Origin: Bacteroidia bacterium
GTDB lineage: Bacteria; Bacteroidota; Bacteroidia; Flavobacteriales; Flavobacteriaceae
NCBI GenBank assembly: GCA_030429955.1
Contig: JAUIGO010000011.1
Coordinates: forward strand, 3,690 to 67,689
Length of the DNA stretch: 64,000 nt
Direction: 5' to 3'
Below are positions 55,984 through 64,000 of this stretch, one piece after another. Position numbers and translations under genes: made by a program. Each line of letters begins with the position of its first letter. The first letter of the stretch is position 1. The notes under the pieces are model-generated. The model saw nothing but the letters and a program-made list of their open reading frames with translations. It did no database searches and was not told the DNA's origin.

Positions 55984-56958
55984 TTATTTTAATGCTTCTT
56001 CAATAGCATTCCCAAACAATTCTTGTAGAGAGATCCCTACAGCAGTAGCTTGCTGAGGTAAAATACTCGCTTTTGTAAATCCTGGTACTGTATTCACTTC
56101 AAGTAAATGTGGCTCTCCATCTTTAAAAATATATTCGCTTCTTGAAAACCCTTTCATTTTTAAAATTTCATACACCTGTTTAGCTACTTTATTCACTTTG
56201 GTTTCTTGCTCTTTTGTAAGTCGTGCTGGCGTGATTTCTTGAGATTCGCCAAGGTATTTGGCTTTATAATCAAAGAAGTCATTATCACTTACAATTTCTG
56301 TAATTGGTAAAACTTTCACTTCACCTTTGTATGTAATAACTCCAACAGATACTTCAGTGCCATCCAGATATGATTCTATGATAATTTCGTCATCTTCTTT
56401 AAAAGCGACTTCTATAGCATTTTGCAACTCTTCTTTCTTATACACTTTGGTGATACCAAAACTACTACCGGCTTTATTGGCTTTTACAAAACATGGCAAA
56501 CCCACTTTTTTAATGATAGCGTCTTCATTGATATTATCTCCAAGGTTCACATAATAGGATTCAGCAGTTTTAATCCCATAAGGTTTTAAAACACTTAAAC
56601 AATCACGTTTGTTAAAGGTTAAAGCAGCTTGATACATACCACAACTGGTTTGTGGAATATTCAGCAATTTAAAATAGGCTTGCATAAAACCGTCTTCTCC
56701 AGGAGAACCATGAATGGCGTTAAAGACACAATCAAAGGTTGTTTTAGAGCCATTAGCAGAAATTGAAAAATCATTTTTATCAATAGGAAACTCTTGTTCG
56801 GCATCATCAACGTAAACCCATTTGTTTTTGAAAATGTGGATTCTAAACAGATTGTATTTGTCACTATCTAAAGATTCATAAACTACGTTTCCGCTTTTTA
56901 ATGAGATTTCATATTCACTTGAATAGCCTCCCATAATTATGGCAATATTTTTTTTCAT
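55984..56958 (-). CDS. ddl: D-alanine--D-alanine ligase
   Basis: 324 aa ATP-grasp protein. Motifs GGYSSEYEISL, HGSPGEDG and LEVNTVPG. Confidence 0.92.
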   Translation of the reverse strand: MKKNIAIIMGGYSSEYEISLKSGNVVYESLDSDKYNLFRIHIFKNKWVYVDDAEQEFPIDKNDFSISANGSKTTFDCVFNAIHGSPGEDGFMQAYFKLLNIPQTSCGMYQAALTFNKRDCLSVLKPYGIKTAESYYVNLGDNINEDAIIKKVGLPCFVKANKAGSSFGITKVYKKEELQNAIEVAFKEDDEIIIESYLDGTEVSVGVITYKGEVKVLPITEIVSDNDFFDYKAKYLGESQEITPARLTKEQETKVNKVAKQVYEILKMKGFSRSEYIFKDGEPHLLEVNTVPGFTKASILPQQATAVGISLQELFGNAIEEALK

Positions 56959-57149
56959 AATATTTCCTGCGAAAGCAGGAATCCCTTTAATTAGTAATAA
57001 CTGAAAAATCCTAAACCAACAATAAAACGTAATTATTATTAGTTATTCAAAAATATCAATATTAATTTATAAACGAAAAACCTTTTGGGTTTTATATGAC
57101 GTATATTGACTAATGTTAATTGAATTTTATTTTAAAACATAAATTTGAT

Positions 57150-57157
57150 TAGTTTTG
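57150..57157 (+). promoter_or_regulatory. -7 promoter box TAGTTTTG
   Basis: Matches TAnnTTTG, 16 nt upstream of the ATG at 57174. Confidence 0.5.
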
Positions 57158-57173
57158 CAAATATTTACAATCT

Positions 57174-57740
57174 ATGAGTATCATTCAGTTCTTAAAAAGT
57201 AAAGTGTTTTTAAAACAACTAGGTTTGGCATTACTTGCTATCATCGTATTGAGTTTTTTAACGCTTCAATGGTTAAAATTTTCTACCAACCATGGTGAAT
57301 TTGTTGAAGTGCCTGAATTAACAGGGAAATCGTTAGACGTTGTAGAGATGGAAATTAAGGATAAAGATTTACAAATGGTTGTACAGGACTCTGCTAATTA
57401 CAACCCAGATTATCCTAAGTATTCTGTTATAGAACATTCTCCTAAAGCAGGTTCTTTGGTTAAGGAAAACCGCAAAATATATCTTATTTTAAATCCTTCT
57501 GGATATCGAAAAATAGGAGTTCCAAATATCATCCGTCGTACGTTTAGACAAGCAAAGCCAACACTTGAAGCTTTAGGGTTTGAAGTTGGGAATATCACGT
57601 ATGCCAATGATATTGGTAAAGACGAAGTTCTTGAACTAAAGTATAAAGGCGAAACCATAACACCTGGAACCTTGCTTGAAAAAACGTCTAAAATTGATCT
57701 GGTTTTAGGTAATGGTAACAGGTCATCACAAATTCCTTAA
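57174..57740 (+). CDS. membrane-anchored PASTA-domain protein
   Basis: N-terminal TM segment followed by two PASTA-like repeats (VPELTGKSLD..., VPNIIRRTFRQAKPTLEALGF). Confidence 0.7.
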   Translation: MSIIQFLKSKVFLKQLGLALLAIIVLSFLTLQWLKFSTNHGEFVEVPELTGKSLDVVEMEIKDKDLQMVVQDSANYNPDYPKYSVIEHSPKAGSLVKENRKIYLILNPSGYRKIGVPNIIRRTFRQAKPTLEALGFEVGNITYANDIGKDEVLELKYKGETITPGTLLEKTSKIDLVLGNGNRSSQIP

Positions 57741-57741
57741 G

Positions 57742-58773
57742 ATGGAGGAAGAACTTCAAGACGACGATAACAATTTATACGAACATTATTCTTTTGTAGC
57801 TGAAAAAGGTCAGCAACCTTTGCGTATTGATAAGTATCTGATGAATTTTATTGAAAACGCTACGCGAAATAAAATTCAAGCTGCTGCCAAAGAAGGTAGT
57901 ATATACGTAAATGGCGAACCTGTAAAATCCAATTATAAGGTAAAGCCCTTTGATGAAATCAAAGTATTATTTGCTCATCCACCTCATGAATATTTATTAG
58001 TGCCTGAAGATATTCCAATTGATGTTGTTTATGAAGATGATGACCTCTTGGTAGTGAACAAACCAGCTGGAATGGTAGTTCATCCAGGCCATGGTAACTA
58101 TTCAGGTACCTTAATTAATGCTTTAACTTTTCACTTTGATAATTTACCAAATAATTCGAGTGAACGTCCTGGTTTAGTACACAGAATAGATAAAGATACA
58201 AGTGGTCTATTAGTCGTTGCTAAAACCGAAGAAGCCATGGCACATTTATCAAACCAGTTTGCTGAAAAAACAAGCGAACGTGAATATGTGGCCTTGGTTT
58301 GGGGAAATGTAGAAGAAAATGAAGGCACAATTGAAGGCAACATAGGAAGACATCCAAAAAACAGATTGCAAAACACGGTGTTTTTTGATGATGAAGCAGA
58401 CAAAGGCAAACCAGCAGTAACTCATTATAAAGTATTGGAACGTTTTGGTTATGTCACTTTAGTGTCTTGTAAGCTTGAAACTGGTCGTACACACCAAATA
58501 CGTGTACACATGAAACATATTGGGCATACTTTGTTTAATGACGAGCGTTATGGTGGCGAAATCATTTTAAAAGGAACTACCTTTACCAAATACAAACAAT
58601 TTGTTGAAAATTGCTTCAAGGTGTTACCACGACAAGCTTTGCATGCCAAAACCTTAGGTTTTGTACATCCAAAAACAGGTGAATTTTTACGTTTTACTTC
58701 TGAAATCCCTGAAGATATGCAATTGTGTATCGAGAAGTGGAGAAACTATGCGAAGCATCAAGATTTAGAATAA
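57742..58773 (+). CDS. rluD: RluA-family 23S rRNA pseudouridine synthase (RluD-like)
   Basis: S4-like N-terminal domain and catalytic motif HRIDKDTSGLLVVAK. Start moved to the ATG at 57742, directly after the upstream stop. Confidence 0.9.
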   Translation: MEEELQDDDNNLYEHYSFVAEKGQQPLRIDKYLMNFIENATRNKIQAAAKEGSIYVNGEPVKSNYKVKPFDEIKVLFAHPPHEYLLVPEDIPIDVVYEDDDLLVVNKPAGMVVHPGHGNYSGTLINALTFHFDNLPNNSSERPGLVHRIDKDTSGLLVVAKTEEAMAHLSNQFAEKTSEREYVALVWGNVEENEGTIEGNIGRHPKNRLQNTVFFDDEADKGKPAVTHYKVLERFGYVTLVSCKLETGRTHQIRVHMKHIGHTLFNDERYGGEIILKGTTFTKYKQFVENCFKVLPRQALHAKTLGFVHPKTGEFLRFTSEIPEDMQLCIEKWRNYAKHQDLE

Positions 58774-58821
58774 ATTTTGGAGCATCATTCTTAAAATAAC
58801 CTAACAAATTAGTAGTTCGTT

Positions 58822-59634
58822 TTAATTAGCTTCGATATAATCTATATAAACTCTTTTATATTGATAGAAAGAGCTATCACTAGCCATAACTGTATTTCCA
58901 TTATCGTCATATTCGTAGACTAAATTTATATCATAACCATTTACAAAATTTGAATAATTATCAGGAATTATCTTTTTAGGGTTTTTGGTTGAAAAATAAT
59001 AATTTGGAAATAAAAAATAAGAGAAAGGCAAGCAATGAAAATTTCTTACAACACTGTATTGTGATGGCACTACATTATCTTCCCAAGATTCTATTGTATA
59101 TTGATTTATTAAGAACAAATCGCAAGCATAAGCTCCAATCAAATTATTTTCTTGAGTTATTTCTGTCAACCTGCCAGCCATATCATGATGAAAATTTGAC
59201 TTTACCATAATACCATCTAAGTAAGTGGTTTTAATAGATTTAACAAGGTTACCATCAAATTCCAGCTCTAGCTCATGACCTTCTGACGAAAATGTAAATG
59301 GGTCATAGCCAACATAATTTGCTTTGCATCCATTTTCATTAAAATAAGTAAATTGATATTCTGAAAATTTACTTTCACCTTCAATAATATGTTCAGCATA
59401 TATCGCTTTAAGAATACCATTGTTATCATATTCATAATTATAAAATATGCAATCGTCTATATTTAAAAAAATTGGGTCGTTGTTGGCATTGTACTCATAG
59501 GTGGCTTTAAAATTGTTCAAACCATAAATTTTGTACATTAAGAATTCAGGATCATTAATGTCTAATGCGTCGTCATTGTTATTGCATGAAGAAAAAAAGA
59601 CTAAAAAATCTAACAGTAAAACATAATTTTTCAT
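58822..59634 (-). CDS. hypothetical lipoprotein, tandem paralog 1
   Basis: Lipobox FFSSCNNNDD. Homologous along its full length to 59658-60482 (shared FPN.Y.STKNPK, YEYD..GNT, Y..YIEAN). Confidence 0.6.
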   Translation of the reverse strand: MKNYVLLLDFLVFFSSCNNNDDALDINDPEFLMYKIYGLNNFKATYEYNANNDPIFLNIDDCIFYNYEYDNNGILKAIYAEHIIEGESKFSEYQFTYFNENGCKANYVGYDPFTFSSEGHELELEFDGNLVKSIKTTYLDGIMVKSNFHHDMAGRLTEITQENNLIGAYACDLFLINQYTIESWEDNVVPSQYSVVRNFHCLPFSYFLFPNYYFSTKNPKKIIPDNYSNFVNGYDINLVYEYDDNGNTVMASDSSFYQYKRVYIDYIEAN

Positions 59635-59657
59635 AGCGTAAATATTTTTAGATTTTG

Positions 59658-60482
59658 TTAATTTGCTTCTATATAAGAAGCGTAAGTTCTTTCATTAATA
59701 TAATAACCCAAATAAGAAATTGTATTCCCATACATATCGTATTCATATGTTGGTTTAATATCATCTGTGCCAGCAACATAATTTATTTCTGATACCAAAA
59801 TACGTTTCGGATTTTTGGTTGAATAATAGTGATTTGGAAACAAGTAGTATTCAAAAAAACAATTTATATAAGGAAAAATGCTAAGGTTGCCAGGTCTTTC
59901 ATTGTCGTCCCATTCCGTAATCTCATAACTGGCATCAAAGTAGGAAAAGCAAGGAGGAACAGGCAAATCATTGTTAATTTGTTCAATAGATGTGAGCCTT
60001 CCAATCTCATCATGGTTAAAAAAGTGTTGCAAAGTTCCACCATTTGAATCTGTCCACTTAAATGATTTTATAAGTTTACCTTCAAAAACAACATCAAACT
60101 CTCTAGGTTTATAAGAGGGATAGCCAGTTGTTGTATAGGAAATATTTGCATGACCACCAAACTCATTAAACTCTGTAAATGAAAATTCATAATTTTCAAT
60201 TACATTGTCTCCTAAATCTCTCTCAATAGATATTTTTATTAGAACGTCATTATCGTAAACATATTCAGCTGATAAATAATCTGTCCTAAAATTATACATA
60301 AAAATCAGGGAAATTGGCTGATTATTTGAATTATAATCAAACAGTCTCTGTTCTCCTGCTTGTATACGAGACATAGATTTCAATAAATACTCACCATTCG
60401 TTGATTGTAAATTATTTTCATCGTCATTGTTACAAGAAACAACTAGGGCAAAAAGGCAGGAAATTAAAACATATTTTTTCAT
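59658..60482 (-). CDS. hypothetical lipoprotein, tandem paralog 2
   Basis: Lipobox LVVSCNNDDE. See 58822-59634. Confidence 0.6.
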   Translation of the reverse strand: MKKYVLISCLFALVVSCNNDDENNLQSTNGEYLLKSMSRIQAGEQRLFDYNSNNQPISLIFMYNFRTDYLSAEYVYDNDVLIKISIERDLGDNVIENYEFSFTEFNEFGGHANISYTTTGYPSYKPREFDVVFEGKLIKSFKWTDSNGGTLQHFFNHDEIGRLTSIEQINNDLPVPPCFSYFDASYEITEWDDNERPGNLSIFPYINCFFEYYLFPNHYYSTKNPKRILVSEINYVAGTDDIKPTYEYDMYGNTISYLGYYINERTYASYIEAN

Positions 60483-60620
60483 AGCGTTTATGTTTTTGTT
60501 TTTGTTAATAAGATGTTAAATCATAAAAAAGGTTGCGTAATATTTGTTATAAATACTACACAAATAGGAAAATTGAAAAGAAAAAAATGCTTCAAAATAG
60601 GCATATTAAGTAATGAATTG

Positions 60621-60628
60621 TAACTTTG
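60621..60628 (+). promoter_or_regulatory. -7 promoter box TAACTTTG for yaaA
   Basis: Matches TAnnTTTG, 52 nt upstream of the ATG at 60681. Confidence 0.45.
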
Positions 60629-60680
60629 AAACAAAACAAATAGATTCCCTTTTTCAAGGGAATGATAAATAAATTTATCA

Positions 60681-61439
60681 ATGAAACTTGTACTATCTCC
60701 AGCCAAATCACTTAATTTTGAAAGTAAGTTGCCAACAACAAAAGCATCAGAATCTCGTTTTTTAAAAGAGTCTGAACGCTTAAATAAACTGCTCAAAAAG
60801 AAATCAGCCAGAAGCTTATCTAAATTGATGAGTATTTCTCCAGCTTTGGGTGAACTTAATTATACACGAAATCAAGCATGGCAATTGCCTTTTACAAAAG
60901 ACAATGCAAGACAAGCCATTTATGCTTTTAGTGGTGATGTGTATCGAGGCTTAGATGCGTACACCATTCCTAAAGACAAAATAGAAAAAGTACAAGACAC
61001 AGTGCGTATTATTTCTGGATTGTATGGTGTTTTAAAACCTTTAGATTTAATACAGCCTTATCGTTTGGAAATGGGAACCAAATTTCCAGTTGGTAAAAAC
61101 AAAAACTTATACGAGTTCTGGAAGAAAAAAATCACACAAACACTAAACGATGAGCTTGAAGATGGTGAGTTATTTTTAAACTTGGCAAGCAACGAATATT
61201 TTAAAGCAATAGATGTGAAAGCCTTAAAAGTTCCTGTAATTACAGCAACGTTTAAAGATTTTAAAAATGGCGAATACAAAACCATTATGACTTTTGCCAA
61301 GCTAGCGAGAGGCTATATGACGCGTTATATTATTGACACCAACGCAAACACTATTGAAGATATTAAAGGCTTTAACTATGAAGGTTACAGATTTAGTGAA
61401 GCTATGTCTACTGAAACCGAATTGGTGTTTACTAGATAG
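60681..61439 (+). CDS. yaaA: peroxide stress protein YaaA (UPF0246/DUF328)
   Basis: N-terminal LSPAKSLNFE, plus AIYAFSGDVYRGLDA and RIISGLYGVLKPLDLIQPYRLEM. Confidence 0.85.
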   Translation: MKLVLSPAKSLNFESKLPTTKASESRFLKESERLNKLLKKKSARSLSKLMSISPALGELNYTRNQAWQLPFTKDNARQAIYAFSGDVYRGLDAYTIPKDKIEKVQDTVRIISGLYGVLKPLDLIQPYRLEMGTKFPVGKNKNLYEFWKKKITQTLNDELEDGELFLNLASNEYFKAIDVKALKVPVITATFKDFKNGEYKTIMTFAKLARGYMTRYIIDTNANTIEDIKGFNYEGYRFSEAMSTETELVFTR

Positions 61440-62120
61440 ATGTTCAAACACCAACATCCTTACCAACCGTTTATACAAAAAGATACCACAAAACTCATCG
61501 TTGGTACTTTGCCACCACCACGTTTTTCAACTGGTGAACTGTTGGAAAAAGATGTCGATTTCTGTTATGGAAGTTATTACAATTCCCTTTGGTTGTTTAT
61601 TGATAAGATTCATAATCTTGGATTGCGATATGACAATTCACAAAAAGCCATTGATGAGCGAAAACAATTCCTCATAAAGCATAAAATAGGTGTTTGTGAT
61701 ATTGTTGAAAGTGCAGAACGTGAAAAAATAGATGCTTCAGATTTAGGCATGCAAAACATAGTATTGCGTGATGTCATTGGTTACTTAAAACAGTATCCTA
61801 ATATTGAAACCATACTATTTACTGGAGGAAACAGTAAAAACGGACCAGAGTATTTCTTTAGAAAACATATAAAAGATTACAATATAAAACTCCAATTGGT
61901 TTCTAATGAAGTTCCAAGAGTTCATAAATTTGTCATTCCGAGTGAAGCAAAGGAATCTGCTAGAGTTATTCGAAAAATCAAAACAGTATCACTAACCTCA
62001 GGTTCTGGAGCAGCCAATATCTCGATTAGTAGGTTGCCATTATACAAACAATTAAAAACAAAGAATCCTAATTTTAATACGTTTGATTTTAGAGTCATGC
62101 AGTACAGTGAATACTTATAA
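61440..62120 (+). CDS. uracil-DNA-glycosylase-superfamily-like protein (tentative)
   Basis: N-terminal LIVGTLPPPRFS ... FCYGSYYNSLW resembles the motif-A region of UDG-superfamily (hypoxanthine/deoxyinosine glycosylase-like) proteins (from memory). Confidence 0.45.
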   Translation: MFKHQHPYQPFIQKDTTKLIVGTLPPPRFSTGELLEKDVDFCYGSYYNSLWLFIDKIHNLGLRYDNSQKAIDERKQFLIKHKIGVCDIVESAEREKIDASDLGMQNIVLRDVIGYLKQYPNIETILFTGGNSKNGPEYFFRKHIKDYNIKLQLVSNEVPRVHKFVIPSEAKESARVIRKIKTVSLTSGSGAANISISRLPLYKQLKTKNPNFNTFDFRVMQYSEYL

Positions 62121-62156
62121 TAATAATTGTTAACTTAGAGCAATTAATTCACACTC

Positions 62157-62732
62157 ATGAGAAAAATAATCATCCTTGCTGTTATTGCCCTTTTTCAGTT
62201 TTCTAGTTTTGCACAAGATTCTTTACCACCATATTTAGTTGGTAAAATAAAGTATCCAACTTTTAAATTACATAATTTTATGGGAATTGTTGAAACTGAT
62301 AATACTGTTTTAAAGTACAACCCAGAGATTGATTATAAGGTAGTCATTGATGTTTATGATAGAGTAAAAGATTCAAGTCAATTGGCAACTCCATTACGAG
62401 AAGTTGGACGTACCTATAATTTAAACATAGCAAATGGTGTCCCAAAGGAGAAATTAAAAATGGCTGTAGTTGTTCATGGAGGTGCAGTTAGAGCCATATT
62501 GAATGATGCTGCTTATGAAGAAAAGTATGGTATAAAAAATCCAAACTCAGAAGCACTCAGAGTTTATAAAGAACATGGAATTCAATTTTATGTTTGTGGT
62601 CAAAGTTTAGCATTTATGAATTTGCCTGCTGAAAAATTAGCTCCTGAAATTGAAGTTGCAATATCAGCTAAAACGGCATTTATTACTTTGGACCAATTAG
62701 GTTATTCGTACTTGAATGTTAATGAAGATTAA
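62157..62732 (+). CDS. secreted DsrE/DsrF-like family protein
   Basis: Signal peptide. MAVVVHGGAVRAIL ... FYVCGQSLAFMN resembles the DsrE-fold pattern. Confidence 0.6.
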   Translation: MRKIIILAVIALFQFSSFAQDSLPPYLVGKIKYPTFKLHNFMGIVETDNTVLKYNPEIDYKVVIDVYDRVKDSSQLATPLREVGRTYNLNIANGVPKEKLKMAVVVHGGAVRAILNDAAYEEKYGIKNPNSEALRVYKEHGIQFYVCGQSLAFMNLPAEKLAPEIEVAISAKTAFITLDQLGYSYLNVNED

Positions 62733-63085
62733 TGCTGCTTAGACCAAACAGCATAAATCATATATAGTAAGCCAGGAATAGCAAAGGCACTTATTAGTAA
62801 GCTGGAAGCCAAATCTGGTCTGATAATGTGCAGACCAATCATTCCGCCAACAGTGATAAGTCCACCAAAACCTTTCCATTTAAATGCAATTAACAGACCA
62901 AGGATGGTACTTATTGGAAATAAGATAAAAGTAGGAATATCTGTAGTTTTTATCATTACGGTTTTTGAATCTGTACTTAGTAATTCTCCTATAGTCATGA
63001 ACAATAAAAAAGCAATAACCACAGAGCCTAAAAGTCTGGCAATCCAGAGAATTATTATTAATTTTTTTTGTTTTTGCATGACCAT
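62729..63085 (-). CDS. small membrane protein (4 TM segments)
   Basis: 118 aa with four hydrophobic segments. Confidence 0.5.
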   Translation of the reverse strand: MVMQKQKKLIIILWIARLLGSVVIAFLLFMTIGELLSTDSKTVMIKTTDIPTFILFPISTILGLLIAFKWKGFGGLITVGGMIGLHIIRPDLASSLLISAFAIPGLLYMIYAVWSKQH

Positions 63086-63149
63086 ATCTTATTAAGAATA
63101 ATGAATGGTAACTCTCACTAAGATAACTAAAAAAGTAATGATATTTACA

Positions 63150-64000
63150 TTAGCTCTTTTTGATGCTATTTTTGAGCTTATTTTTGTTGTAATCTAAAAT
63201 TTCTTTAGGAAGTTTTCTGCCTTTGTTTTTTGCCAAATATCTTCTTAAAACACCACCTTTTATATGGTTAATGTCAAACTCAATAAAAAAAGCATTAGGA
63301 TCTACTTTGTCAATAACACGATGCATTTTTCTAATATCAATTCGGTTAATTACTGAGTGAATAATATTAAAATCATAAGTTTCTCCATTGCTTCCATAGC
63401 CTTTTTCACCTTTATAAATAGTCATTCCTGCACCAAGCTCATTGATGATAGCAGATTTAATCTCATTGTGACGTTTTGAAACAATCATCACACCAATAAA
63501 GTCTTCAAAACCTTCAATAAGCAAATCGATTACTTTGGCAGTTACAATGTAGGTGAGAATAGAGTACATGGCAATTTCAACCGAAAGCACAAAGGCTGTG
63601 ATACTGAATAAAATAATGTTGAAGTACAAAATAATTTGTCCAATACTAAAGCCAAATCTATCATTTAAAAACACACCTAATATCTCTGAACCATCAAGCA
63701 CTGCACCATTTTTTACAGTCAGGCCAATACCAGAGCCAACAAACAAACCTCCAAAAATGGAAATGAGTAATTTATCTTCTGTAATAGTGCTAAATTCCAC
63801 ATAATGAATCACTAAAGCCAAACCAATTATACTAAATACCGATTTTGCTAAAATTCGTTTTGACAAGGTAAAGTAAGCCAATATTAAAAACGGAATGTTG
63901 ATAAGGACCAAAAGAGTAGAAACGTTTACACTCTCAAACTGTGAGTTTAAAAGAATAGCAGTTCCTGTAACACCTCCATCTAAAAAATCGTTAGGTAGTA
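63150..64000 (-). CDS. YitT-family membrane protein with a C-terminal DUF2179 domain, N-terminus beyond the window
   Basis: The ORF-track start at 63911 is a TTG. The same frame stays open to base 64000 (upstream residues ...LPNDFLDGGVTGTAILL...), so the CDS is truncated by the window edge. Confidence 0.75.
   Translation of the reverse strand, partial: LPNDFLDGGVTGTAILLNSQFESVNVSTLLVLINIPFLILAYFTLSKRILAKSVFSIIGLALVIHYVEFSTITEDKLLISIFGGLFVGSGIGLTVKNGAVLDGSEILGVFLNDRFGFSIGQIILYFNIILFSITAFVLSVEIAMYSILTYIVTAKVIDLLIEGFEDFIGVMIVSKRHNEIKSAIINELGAGMTIYKGEKGYGSNGETYDFNIIHSVINRIDIRKMHRVIDKVDPNAFFIEFDINHIKGGVLRRYLAKNKGRKLPKEILDYNKNKLKNSIKKS

Noticed and set aside
60521-60796. 91-aa minus-strand ORF spanning the yaaA promoter and start
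   Set aside because: It overlaps the well-supported yaaA N-terminus and its promoter. It has no signal or motif and a composition typical of AT-rich noise.
61333-61677. 114-aa plus-strand ORF overlapping the yaaA end and the next gene
   Set aside because: It is out of frame with two better-supported CDSs and has no recognisable features.
1-64000. Scan for CRISPR arrays, rRNA, tRNA, tmRNA, RNase P or SRP RNA genes, and for prophage or defence-island hallmarks
   Set aside because: I saw no regularly spaced direct repeats, no cloverleaf-like or conserved RNA cores in intergenic regions, and no phage structural, integrase, restriction or toxin-antitoxin-type genes. The only mobile element is the IS110 copy.

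Overview
AT-rich chromosomal segment that looks like a Flavobacteriia (Bacteroidota) genome. Supporting signs are many TAnnTTTG -7 promoter boxes 4-50 nt upstream of start codons, a T9SS C-terminal sorting domain, SusC-type CarboxypepD_reg/plug modules and TPR-AraC regulators. About 65 CDSs are supported and most are housekeeping: ilvE, argS, ftsH, rsfS, birA, pyrE, coaD, ddl, rluD, cdsA, psd, crcB, yaaA. I found no rRNA, tRNA or CRISPR array. Items worth a second look: (1) An IS110-family element at about 34633-34814 to 35814 has a 192-nt structured left end that may be a bridge RNA. It sits inside one copy of a local repeat, and an intact copy 1.1 kb away acts as an empty site. (2) A possible leader-peptide attenuator lies upstream of an MFS transporter: a promoter box, a 25-codon sORF, alternative 9-bp pairings and a strong terminator, all inside a divergent intergenic region. 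(3) A tightly coupled operon of unknown product encodes a GNAT/nitrilase fusion, a RimK-like ATP-grasp ligase, a GCS2-type carboxylate-amine ligase and an N-formylglutamate-amidohydrolase-like enzyme, followed by a secreted protein and a SET-domain protein. (4) A 1061-aa secreted protein carries three tandem SusC-like N-terminal modules but no beta-barrel. Smaller observations cover a REP-like motif with in-frame copies inside two CDSs, a subtilase with Glu at the expected catalytic Asp position, and paralogous gene pairs. All function calls come from motif recognition by eye. No searches were run.
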